A stretch of 64,000 bases of DNA from NCBI GenBank assembly GCA_964234715.1, contig OZ174280.1; one strand, written 5' to 3'. Source of the stretch: Podarcis melisellensis. Taxonomy: Eukaryota. The position numbers were made by a program, and so were the translations under genes. The notes under the pieces are model-generated. The model did not search any database. It saw nothing but the letters and a program-made list of their open reading frames with translations, and was not told where the DNA came from. Positions 1 to 11,910 of this stretch are shown here, piece after piece (within the stretch, counting starts at the first letter, position 1; each line of letters begins with the position of its first letter).

Positions 1-2241
1 TTGTTTTGGTTGCCCTTCTCTGAACCTTTTCCAACTTGACAGTCTCCTCTTGAGGTGGCCATGCTGAACTCCCAAGGTGTTGTTGTTTTTAATACTAATT
101 GGCTACCTAGCTGAATTCTGCATGAGTGATAGGACCACAGAGTTGGAAGTGACCTCAATGATCATATATTGCAATCCCCAGCTGATGCAGGAAATCTGCT
201 GCTACAGCATCCTTGATATTTAGTGGATTTTTAGCCGTGCCCCAGACCCACTCATGTGGGTCACTGCTTTTACGTGCAGCACTTGCACTGGTGTGGGGGG
301 GGATGCCAGGATTCCAGAGTTCAGTGCCCATGAAGAGCAGTGCAAAATTTAGCATCTTTGCAGCTGAAGAGAAAAATTAAACTGTAACAGGCCCATATCT
401 TTGCAGATCTGCAAATTTGGTTGGTGTTGTTTTACCAGTTTAGTTATAATAGCTTCAAAAAAAAAAAAAGAACCATAGTTTTTGTGTGAATGCCGACTGT
501 TCGCCACAGATCTTCCTTGGATTCTACTTTATGTTTGTGGTACTGGTGGGGAGAACAAAGATCAGAGAGATGGAGGTTGAGAGCAAGAAAACGAAGTACC
601 GGTACTCTGGACTCTTGATGCATGTCAACAGTAATGCCAAAGTTGTTGTCGCTTCCATTGCCTGTCTGTGTAATGATGGGTTGCGATGTCACCAGTGTAG
701 GCTGTTACACTTGTAGTGCCAAACATTGCAGATTAAGTTGCATAATGTTGCCTTTCCTGAAACTGGTCCCCCCCTTTTTTTTTCTTTTAAGGGGGACTGC
801 TGGACGGAGGGCGTTAGGTCTAAGCATGCTTGATGGATAATTCTTCATTCCTTTAATGCATTTGCAAGCCAAGATAATTGATGGATGTTTAACAGGATGT
901 ATTTCCGACAGTTGGGCTGGAGAAATGGACTCTCATTACTCTGCAAATGTTTCTTTTTACTATTGAACTCTTTTGTTTCAATTGATCTCTGCATTTCCCA
1001 TCATTCGCTGCTCATTAATAATCCCCTCCTGAAGCAGCTGTTGCCTCCAGCCCTCTCCTCCTTTGCCCAAGCCATCATCAGTCATCTCTGCAGCCTGGCG
1101 GCAAGTCCTGCTAAGGATGCCACATGGCGGGGGGGGGGAGGAGGGAGGGAATCTGTGTGCTCCTGAAGACAGAATCACTAAGAGCTACAAACAGAAGGAA
1201 GGAGACTAATTGCTGTTTATTTTCAAACTGGATGCAGAAGCATGTTAGGCAAGCAGACCCTAACAAGACCAGCTCAACAGCTCATAGTTCTTGCTTGGGC
1301 TTGCAGAAGAGGATGGGCTCACGTATGTGTGAATAGTGTGCCAGTGAGTCTTCAATTCTAGACTCACTAATCTGGAAGCAGCGGCGCTTCTAGGCAGGTA
1401 TTTATTGCGGGACAGGTGTGGCTTATACATGCAAGTTTTTTTGTAGCGTGCACACAACATTGTGGGCATCAAAATGCCATCCCATATTTCCCCCCTCCCC
1501 CTAAGAAAGGAACAACACCCTGCCAAACTGGGGGCAGAATCTGTAAAAGACTCTTCAGGGTGTGCTAAGGTGTTTTCAGAGCATGCATCACTGCTTCTGG
1601 GTGGAATTCAATCATATATCAGCAATTTTAGGTTAGGTCATTACAGTGGCTTGGGAGGTCTTGCACAGCAAACCCACTTCCCCAGAAGACTGGACTTTTT
1701 GCGATAAGGACAGTGAAGGGAATGCACCGGAAGGTGTGAGATGCTTGTTGAATAGCTAAACTTAGTCTCATTTCCCTGTAAACAAATCAGGATGGATGCT
1801 CAATAGCCAGGTTGTCTGGAAGGGCCTCTACTTATAGCAGAACCTTCTGTATTCATCGTGGAGACTGTGGGCTGCATCAGGCTTTGGCTCAGAAGCAAAG
1901 GACCACATCCAGGAGGTCTGGTCACTGTATACACACTGCACAGGTCTCTAATCTATCTGCATGGCAGAAAGACAGAAGGGACCAAGCTCCTGCCACGTGG
2001 GTCAAGTTGTCCAAATGACGCAATGTGTTTGGATAATGCCTCATAAACCTAAGATTGTACCTTCTCCATCATCATTGTGGATGTGTCAGAGAGCCACAGC
2101 TAGATTCCAGTATGGCTCTCTTAAAAGGCATCAAAATGATTCCCATAAAATGCATCCTTTCAAGATGTTGAATGATGTATATCTCTCTAATAATTCCTGG
2201 GACAGGCTCTGCCACTCACCACAAAATTCTGAATATGTGTA

Positions 2242-2483
2242 CAGTGGTACCTCGGGTTAAGTACTTAATTTGTTCCGGAGGTCCGTTCTTAACCTGAAAC
2301 TGTTCTTAACCTGAAGCACCACTATAGCTAATGGGGCCTCCTGCTGCTGCCGCGCCACCGGAGCATGATTTCTGTACTCATCCTGAAGCAAAGTTCTTAA
2401 CCCGAGGTACTATTTCTGGGTTAGCGGAGTCTGTAACCTGAAGCATATGTAACCTGAAGCGTATGTAACCTGAGGTACCACTG
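2242..2483 (+). mobile_element. Tc1/mariner (Tigger/pogo-like) MITE, 242 bp
   Basis: TIRs CAGTGGTACCTC(G/A)GGTTA, TA TSD on both sides, repeated internal TAACCTGAA motifs. Confidence 0.92.
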
Positions 2484-3478
2484 TACTCAAAAGTAACTCC
2501 CACTGCATTCAGTGCGGCTCACTCCCAATGACCAAGCATAAGATTGCAACCTAAAGGCAGTAATTGGCTAATACGACTAGTGAATTTTTAAAGATATTGG
2601 GCAAATAATACCTTAAACCAGCTGGCTTCAACCATTTAAGACCCAGGTCCATTTTTAACCTGAGAATGCATTTGGGGACCTATTTCTTAATATTTTACCA
2701 TATATTTGCATGCTGGCAGTGCTCCTATTGTGATCCACCTTGGATCAGCCCATGATCCACTTGTGTGTCGTGACACACCAGTTGAAAATTAAACAGCCAG
2801 AAGCTTGGAGTGGAAGGAGACGGACTACACTGTTGAAGTTTCCTTAATCTGCCCTCCACGGGAGGAAGAATACTGGGTTTCATGGGTAAGTGAGCCATTT
2901 GTCTAACTATATAGTCTATTCTTCAGAAGATTTGGCTGCTGGCTTCATTTGTGTGATGGTAGAACACGCCTTTAAATGCACTGTGGGCAAGGATTCTGCA
3001 CTCGTCCCCAAGGAATTAGGCATCTTAGCTGACCTTAATGGGCCTTTGATGTATACAGCATTCTGACTGCATAATTACAAGCTACTGCCAAGTGAATAAC
3101 TACTAGGTTTAAAAACAAAACAGCATCAGTGCAGAGCATGGAAACTACATAGTCCCAGAGATGAGCTGGAAATTATCCTGAGAGTTGCCATATAACTATC
3201 AGGAAATTAGACAGGTGGGTGGGTGGAGGAAATCAAAGATCAATTACTGCACTACTTGTCTGCTTGAGGAACCCTTAGTGGTTTGGGCAGAAAGTAACTA
3301 GATAACAGCCTCTGGTTACAAAACACTTTTGTGGTCAATGGGTACCTTGTAATTAAAAGAGTATTCTTGTCCTAAGCGAGTTTCGAAGAAGGCAGCTAGG
3401 GAAATGTTCTCCATTTGGGGGAAACATTTTGACTTCTGAGCATTTGCAATTCCAGTTCCCAAACATGTTAAATGTTGC

Positions 3479-3649
3479 CATGGGCATAGCCGGGATTTAT
3501 TTTGGGGGGGGAGGCTTTATGTTTCAGGGGGCAGAACCGAGTTATCTGCAATGCAATTGGTCAATTAGTTCAGTATTTTTATTTATTTATTTATTTACTT
3601 GATTGGGGGGGGGTAGCTGCCCCCCTGCACCCTGCTGACTACACCCATG
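3479..3649. mobile_element. hAT-type MITE
   Basis: Imperfect TIR CATGGGCATAGCC / GACTACACCCATG; near-perfect 8-bp TSD AATGTTGC / AAAGTTGC. Confidence 0.75.
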
Positions 3650-4252
3650 AAAGTTGCATTTTATTAAATCAAAAGTGAGCAGGGCAGAAGACACCCAAAG
3701 GTGGTGAATGGAAAAAGAAAAGCACAGGTTTTTTCTACTGTGCCACAGCCATTAAGCAAACCTTTTAGAATGAAAGATCACTTTTTGCAACCTTTTGAAA
3801 TGATTCTGTTGCCCATAGAAGGTATCCCCCTAACATTTCTAAAAAAGAACCCGAATCTCTTGTCTCTGCTGCCTCTGCTTATTAATGCTCCCTGCTTGCC
3901 CGTTTCCCCAACTACCACTGGTCTTTCTCCACAAAACTGTACTTTGGCTGGAAAGCTGGAGTGAAGAGCTTGGATGTCTAGTCTGATAATAGCTAATGAC
4001 TTATTATCAGCAGCTGGAATATTAATTGCTGACAAATGGAAGACTGAAAAACAACCAAGTGGGCGGCTAAATAAAATATGACATGCAGCAAAATTAGGCT
4101 GTAATCCTATGCAGGTTTACTTGGATTACCGTAAGTCTCATTGAACTCTGAGTTACTCCTCATGGGGATGGTTTATGTGAGTCTGCAAGCTGCCCCACTG
4201 CAGACATGCACTGTGAATGTGGGCAGCATTGGCGAGGGGCCATTATGGGGTG

Positions 4253-4421
4253 CAGTGGCGTAGCGTGGGGGGTGCAGGGGGGGCCGGCCGCACCGGGCGC
4301 AACATCTGGGGGTTAGGGTTAGGGGGTGCAAATCCACGGGTTAGGGGGTGCAAATCCACGGGTTAGGGGGTGCAAATTACTTGCCTTGCCCCGGGTGCTG
4401 ACAACCCACGCTACGCCACTG
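4253..4421. mobile_element. hAT-type MITE (169 bp) with internal TTAGGG-containing tandem repeat
   Basis: Perfect 17-bp TIR CAGTGGCGTAGCGTGGG; perfect 8-bp TSD ATGGGGTG (4245-4252, 4422-4429). Confidence 0.92.
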
Positions 4422-4469
4422 ATGGGGTGCAACAGTTTGTGTATGTGTGAGCCCCCATTCTCCTTATTC

Positions 4470-4635
4470 ATTCATTGCATTTCGATCCCATCTTTTTCTC
4501 CAAGGTGGCGTATGTGGTTCTCCCCCTCCTCATTTAATCCCCACAACATCCCTACGAGGTAGATTGGGCTGAGAGGCAGTGACTGGCCCAAGGTTAGTGA
4601 GCTTCTGACACTTCAACCACTACACCATCCTGGCT
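4470..4635 (-). mobile_element. MIR-like SINE fragment
   Basis: CCCCACAACATCCCT...GGCCCAAGG...AACCACTACACC is reverse-complement similar to the 45275-45720 family. Confidence 0.65.
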
Positions 4636-5644
4636 ACTTCTTCACATGATTCTCATCATGTTGTTCTGAAGGCCCAAATATGGTTCCTAGTGTGCAGTGT
4701 ACCAACAGTTGGAGACACCTTCAGGCTCCCTGATTCTACTCTGGTACATACACAGCCAGGGTTCAGGTAGCACCAGATATCCATACTATGAGAGTCCTTG
4801 CCTTTTTTGCTTTCATTACAATCAGAGGTAAGTAGGCAGGAAGTCATGATCTACTCTGGGCAGCATGGAACCATAGATTCTGCTGGCTTTGTCAGAAATA
4901 TCACTGTCAACTTCCAGCTTTTTAAAAGGAAAAAAGTTTCTAGACCTCATGGGAGCTGAGAGGGTCATACACAGCTGTACAGATGGGCGTTATCAGTGTC
5001 TGCTCATACGACATAGAGGACGAGGCCTCCAGTGGCTTGTGCGTATATGAGCAAATATGAGGGAAAGGCTTGCCGTCACTGCTCCAGAGTGCGCCCGACA
5101 GAGAGACAGAGCAAGAGGCCTGCCTGCCTTGCGAACTGTGTGTTCTGAAGCAAGGAGGCACTAGGGCAGCTGTCAGGCTCAGATAATCTTCTGAGAATTA
5201 GCAATTGTTCACTTGAATGTCATTTCCATCTTTAATTGGAACATGAGCTGAAACAAAGAAGCATCCAGGGCTCAGCAGTCTGATAAGACACCGCTGGGAA
5301 AAACCTTTTCTCTCCTTTCAAACGTTTTGTGTGAATCTGCAATGAGCTGATTAAGCAGAGAACGTCCTGCCTTCTTGGGGAAATGGCTGTGGCAGACTAA
5401 CACACGGACGCATGCACGCACACACACACACACATACACACACAGCATCCCCCTCTCCTGCCCATCGCTGCCGCCACCGGAGGAGGAGATGGTGGTACAT
5501 TTGCAATGGAAATAACGGGGGAGATGGCAATAGCAACAGCCCAGTTGGTGCACATGGACTAGAAATGGTGTGAAGCAGAACAGCTTCTTTTAAAGAAAGT
5601 GGAAGGTTAGGTTTGCAGGGTCAGATAGGCTACATAACTAATCC

Positions 5645-6312
5645 AAGAGAACGTAAGAGGCTGTTGGAGCAGCCAATGGCCCCTCTAGTTCAACATCCTG
5701 TTCGCATGCCTGTGGGAAACCAGCCAGCAGGATTCAAGTGCACAAGTCCTCTCCTCTCCTGCGGTTGGCAGCAACTATTGCTTGGAAGCATTGCAGCCTT
5801 CAACTGTGGAGCCTAGTCAATATGGCTAACCTGATCCAAAACACCCACTCACACATGAAAACAAAGACCACCACAGCCAACCACAAACGAACAACCACAC
5901 CCTAGGCCAACCCCAACTTCTCTCACCACCAAAGGAACACAAATGAACAGCAGAGAACCTGCACAAGCGATGCTGACACAAAACCCCACATATATTAAGT
6001 AAAGTAGAAACATCGCTACCTAACCCCACCCCCACTCACCTTTTCCCCCTCCACCTCTTTCCCCCCTTTTTTCCTACTGTCTCAACAAAAGAAACTGATC
6101 TGTAAAAAATGTTACTTGGGGAAAAAAAGACATTGCACATACTTTTATAAACAAAGAAAATCTCCAATAAAAATATATTAAAAAACAACAACTGTGGAGC
6201 CTAGTAGCCATCAATAGCCCTCTCCTCCATGAATCTGTCTAATCTACCTTTAAAGCCATCTAAGTTGGTGGTTACACTGCCTCCTGTGGCAGTGAGTTCC
6301 ATAGTTTAACTA
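5645..6312 (-). mobile_element. CR1 LINE 3' fragment, split by the 5818-6188 insertion
   Basis: AAGAGAACGTAAGAGG...AATGGCCCCTCTAGTTCAACATCCTGTT...GGCAGTGAGTTCCATAGTTTAACTA; similar to 26832-27265. Confidence 0.75.
5818..6188 (+). mobile_element. 5'-truncated polyadenylated retroposon (L1-type 3'UTR)
   Basis: 17-bp TSD CAACTGTGGAGCCTAGT (5801-5817, 6189-6205); AATAAA at ~6166 followed by an A-rich tail. Confidence 0.8.
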
Positions 6313-9300
6313 TTTCCAGTTGGAGGCGGTTCCATTAGGGCAAGTGGGACACGACCCCACCAACTTTGATCTGCTCTCAGGCCCAAATGGCCTGCCTTCT
6401 TTCTTACCGCCAGCCCTGGGGGTAGCCTGGCTTCCTCCTTCTTCTCCTCTGTCTCACTTTTGTCCACATCATACTTGGCAGGGAGGAAGTGGGGTAGAGA
6501 CCTAGAATTAAGGGGCTCCCTGTGCCATTGGTTCCAGCTCGCCTTCCACCCAACCAATCTCAAGGGACACCAGCCACCACTGCAAGACGGCGCTTTGGGC
6601 AGCAGTGTGTTTAAGGTACCAGAGAAGCAATCAGTGATCCAAGAGGCACACTTCCTTTGCTATGTCAAAGGAAATCCTAGGGAGCACCTCTTTAGATCAG
6701 GGGTAAGCAACAGGGTGCCTTCCAGATGTTGGAATCCCAATCCCACCATCTCTGGCCAGCGTGATCACTGGCCAAGGATGTTTGGGGAGACAGAGTGCAG
6801 CAACGCCTAGAGGGCACCATGTTTGTGGGCAACAAATGGGCAACAGTGACGGCGAGGAGGAGGAGGAGGAGGTAGACTAACTCGGAGAGGGAACACACTG
6901 AAGCCATCTTGCCAAAATCCTGCTATCCTACCCAAACCTGGAGCTCTGTGTATAGATTGGTGGTATGGAAGTAGCCATTCTTCATAAGGCCAAATGAGAC
7001 TCTATCTGGCATCTATCAAGACAGCAATGTTCCAGCACATAACTCAGTTTCGGTGCTTCATCCAATTATCCAGAAATTGAGCACGTCACTAATATTGATT
7101 GCTAGCATAAGCTAAAAACCTGGACCCCAGTACCTTGGCTCTTCCTTAATCTCAGAAATTAGCTTCTTCACCATCTCTCTCAAGGTTTCCCTCTTCATGA
7201 TTATTTATAAGTTGTAATTGTGCAAATTCAGCATTTATTAATTAAAAGGGCTGGAAACCCCCTTTAGCATTAAAATTTCAAAAGAAGGAAACATGGAATG
7301 CACAGGAAATGTACAAAGAATTCTTCAAGCCACTAAGGGGCTGGAAAGTAAAATTGGTGTGACAGAGCCAAAGAGCCAAACCACACATTACACACAGTTC
7401 CACGTGACTTTCTTTATTTTCATTTATTTGTTTATTTAACAAATTTATTAACCGCCTCATTAAACGAAGCTATCAAAGCAACGTTCAGGAAAAAAATAGA
7501 ATAAACCACACAAACACAAGCACCCTTGGAAATAACAGTCTTTATTAGTGCTTATTTACATATCACCATTTGCAACATTTTTACAACATGCCTGTTCTGA
7601 AACACACCCCCCGAGTTCAATGGGATTAACTCCCCAGGCACACATTCAAAGGACTGCAACCTCTGTTTACAAAGTTTCTTGCACATATTGCATCACAGGT
7701 AGGGACTGAAGCTGAGAGACAAAGCCACTCAGTCAATTCACCACAAAAAGTTCAGCTTTCTGGGTTCCAAGTCTGTCTATCCACCAGGCTGTACAACATG
7801 CACCTTTTGATCTATAGCCACACATCTATGCTTCTATCAGAGCAATAATACAACTTAGAAAAAAGAGGGTGTTAACATACAAGGGGCCGCCTTCTCAAAT
7901 ACACCAGAGATGGGGAACCTGTTGTCCCCCAGATGTTGTTAGTAGTCCAGCATGGCCAGCTGTCAGGAATCTTGGAAGTTATGGTTCAGCAACATCTGGA
8001 AGGCCCACCATCTGATACAGTCAGTCTGGGACATAATCAAGGTCATGGGAGATTCCGTGCAGGGAAATCTTTCCCTGTGGGCCTCTCCAGCTGCTTTTTT
8101 TAAATTGTGTGCCTTCGTGGTGCTCATGATGGCAATGGGGAGGTTATGCACAAACCTGCTTTCAATACTGTTTGAGCTTGCAAAAGTTCCCGGGCAGACA
8201 CGTTGCTTCCTTTCCAATCGGGGCATGTCCTGTAATTTCCTGCTGAAATTCTGTAACTTCTGACACCAGTGTTCTGTAACTTCTCACACTAATGTTCCAG
8301 GTGTGTGTGTGTGTATTGCTTTCGCCACTGCCTGTGGCACAAGAATGCCTACCAGACAGCAATACTGTAATGCGGTATCATTCAGGAAGTGTCACAAAAC
8401 AACCAATAAACCATAAAGTTGTGTGGACAGTCCAGGATAAGTCCACCGCTACTGCATTATTGTAGTGTCAGTGGCACCTGAAAAAAACAAACAAACCACC
8501 CTTCTGACCTGGAAAGGCCTACAATGTTGCCTGCCTATGGAGCACAGCTGAAAATAAAGATCCTGCTCCAGTCTTGTGCACCTCAGCGCCCTTCCATGGA
8601 TGCCTGCCTCTCTTGTGCAACACGAACCTGCATTGTCAGGTATATATTGTGCCAGTTAAGCGAATTCCCCCAGTCTGTGCCTCTTGGAGACTCGTGCTCC
8701 TAACCATCCAGTTCCCCATCCCTTCCGTCTCTCCATCCTGTTTTTTTTTATTTTTATTTTTCCTCTCCCTGTTCGATCTCAAAGGGTCGCCTTGCTTCCC
8801 CCCCCCCCCTTTCCTGTTTCCTCGCAGTGACCTGCTTTCCCGGCAGAGGTCATGTTTCCCACATTGGGCGGGTCGAATTTCCCCAGATTTTCGAAGCGCT
8901 TGCATCTCCTGTCTGCTTTTGTGCCTCACTTTGGGACACGCCCCGAGCAGGGAGAGAGCGAGGCTGGGAAGCAGCGAGAGAAGGGCCTGGCTCTATTGTT
9001 TCTGCCCCATCAGCACATGTATTGCTCACATAAGCAGAGAGCCCCAGCGGGCTGCCACTTGGGATCAGCAGATTGGAATGCTGTGAGCTTGCAGAGTGTG
9101 GTTTCAGCGAGACGTTATCTAATGAAGGAGGGAGGAGGAGGGTGGATTAAGCCAAACCCACAGCACCAGCTTTCAATTAAACCAAGGGAATGTGCTGCCT
9201 CTCAATCTGATACAGTAATCATAAATATATATCTATATCTACCCCCAGTTGGCTCCTGATGGGATCTTGCAAAGGTTCAGATCCTGGTGGGTGCTAAATA

Positions 9301-9691
9301 TTGTTAAAGCACATGCAGAGCCTGTGCTGCTCTTATGCATCTGAATATCTCCTATCAATGCCCCATTTGTTAAAGACAATATCTTTTAGCAAAGCTTTGA
9401 CCACATCTTTATGCAGCACATCTCTGAGTGGTAACAAGGACACACTGAACAATGGTTATTGTTGCCTATTACTAGAGAAAGGTGCAGGCCAGGGTAGAGA
9501 AGCTGTGGGTCTTGGCAGATGTTCTGGGACTACAACTCCCATTATCTTGGGCCACTGTGCTAGCTGGGGCAGATGAGATCTGGAGTCCAATATTATCTGG
9601 AGAGCTACAGTTCCCCAGCCCTGGAGAAATAGTGTCCAGGCAGCATAGATGGATCAGTGGTCTGACTCAGTGTATGATGGCTTCCTGTGTA

Positions 9692-9933
9692 CAGTGGTAC
9701 CTTGGGTTACATATGCTTCAGGTTACAGACACTTCAGGCTACAGACTCCACTAACCCAGAGATAATACCTCAGGTTAAGAACTTTGCTTCAGGATGAGAA
9801 CAGAAATCGCGCTCCGGCGGCGCAGCAGCAGCAGGAGGCCCCATTCGCTAAAGTGGTGCTTCAGGTTAAGAACAGTTTCAGGTTAAGAACGGACCTCCGG
9901 AACGAATTAAGTATTTAACCCGAGGTACCACTG
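9692..9933 (-). mobile_element. Second copy of the 242-bp Tigger-like MITE, opposite orientation
   Basis: Reverse-complement similarity to 2242-2483, same length, TA TSD. Confidence 0.92.
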
Positions 9934-11749
9934 TATCTATACATTCCCATGCCTTTTCCTACTGTTTAGTGAAGAGAAAACTAAGACTCAAAATGGGAGC
10001 CCCCTCCCAACAGGGATCATGTCCCTATAGGTCTATTTTCTTATGCTGTTCCCATATGTATAGGGAACTATAAGTCCTCCCTGTAAGTCCAGCATTTGCA
10101 GGGAAAACAAAGACACAAGGTCGCCTGCGCTGAGAAATATACAAAACAGATACTCAAAAAAGATGTGGAACTCTGGCCAAACGTAGCCCTCCCTAAAAGT
10201 ATCTTGATATAGAGACAACTGATTTATTTGCAACTGGGTGCACTCAGAAGAGGTGGACCGTAAAGAGTATTATCAAATTTACGCCTGACAGGTTATTGGT
10301 TCTAAGCACCTTTTGGAAAAGTAATTATGCATATTGAATCATTCTCTTAGGAGCGCTGCGATGGCTGGAAGAGAGCGAGAGCCAGCTTAGCCTTGCATCC
10401 TGTCTCTGACATAACTCTGTGCAGGAGGCTTTAGAGGAAGTGCAAAGCTTTGATAAAAGCCCATCATTGTGTGCTGAGATCCCGTCAGAAGCAGAGAACT
10501 GCTCCTCTGACTCCCAGATGGCGAGAGATCACCAAATGGCTTGAAGCCTGAAGACCCAGAGCCTTTGCAATGCCCATCCCAACTAATATGAGGGTGCTCA
10601 TCTCACTCACTCTCCTTTGAATCTCACAACCTCCTTGCCTTGACAATAACCTGAGGCTGGGAGTTCCATGGGTTGGTTGTTCTTCATTTGTAGTTATTTG
10701 CCCTGCTTTGTAATTAAGTGTATATGTCAAGATTAGGATCTCTTTTATGTCATTGGTGTCAGTTTCCTTTCTGAATGGTTTATCCAAGAATAGATCTTTT
10801 TCTATTTTCTTCTATGAACAGATAACTTTTCAGCCAACCGCTTAACTCTAATGTGAACTTCCCTTAACAGGGCATTATTCCTGGTTCCCCCTGCCATATA
10901 TTCAGTGCCCATCTAGTCTTGATCTGTACTTTTTATTGCAGGTTTCATTAACATGGTGGTTATATTGGCAGATTCTGGCCTGTCGGGCTTGCCATAAATT
11001 TCCAGGTTGCATACACAGTATGACTGCAACAAAGAAAGTCATTCTCACTCCTGTGTGGTCACATTCTTTCATGGCTAGACAAACCAGACACATATGGAGA
11101 GGCATAAGACAGTGGTTTGCTCCGCTGAATTTAATCTGGGTAGTTTTGACCTAGCAATTCTCCCTCCCCACCACTCTGTTTTGCACACAGTGTGAAAACA
11201 TTTTGTTTAACAATTAGATCATTGTTTCCAAGCGTTTCTGCAGGGAAATGTCATCAGGTCCAGCAGCAAATCTAGGTGAATGAAGAATACCTAGAAGATT
11301 ACAACAGTGAAATAAGCAGATATCTGTGTTTCTAACGGTGGGGGGAGCAACAGAACTTCAGCGACACTTGTGTAAAGTTGCTTCTAGATGGGGGCTTACT
11401 ATTATCACATGCCAATGATGTTGCATGGATTATGCTACTCAAAACCCAGGCATGCATGAGGAGCACCCATCCCACAAACCCAATATCCTATGGGGAGGCC
11501 CGAGATGCATCAACAGGATTGCCCACTATTGTTTTAAGTGCAAGTCTAACCTGTGCAATCTTTTATTTTCTCTGTCCTTGATCCTTCTGGTTCTACATCT
11601 GCTCTGTTTATCCTCCACCCGTTGCTTCCTCTTTGTAGCCAATAAATTCAGGACTCGTGAAAGCAACATTTAGGGGGAAAGGTGCTTTCTGCTGACCATA
11701 ACCCTTACCTAGTCGGATAGAGCATAGGGATTAGGAAATAGGAAAGCAT

Positions 11750-11910
11750 CCATTCAGCTCAGTTGTACATCATCTGCTTTGCATGCAAAATGTCCCAGGC
11801 TCAATCCTAGCATCTCCTGGTAGGACTGGGAATGAAACCCTGCTCAGTATTGATGATACTGAGCTAGATAGATCAGTGACCTGAATTACTATAAGGCAGC
11901 TTCCTATGTT
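11750..11910 (+). mobile_element. tRNA-head SINE with TAAGGCAGCTTCCTATGT tail (related minus-strand copies near 12600-12745, 25845-25925, 37955-38160)
   Basis: AGCTCAGTTG...CTTTGCATGCA...CCCAGGCTCAATCC head; tail shared among the listed copies. Confidence 0.65.

Noticed and set aside
444-716. Overlapping short ORFs, including a hydrophobic minus-strand 44-aa frame (MEATTTLALLL...)
   Set aside because: No recognisable homology or convincing exon structure; not distinguishable from chance.
4308-4377. True interstitial telomere or fusion site
   Set aside because: Only a few hexamers, all inside a MITE with TIRs and TSD.
8574-9259. 170-aa and 135-aa ORFs
   Set aside because: Non-ATG starts, homopolymer runs and no motifs; better read as regulatory DNA.
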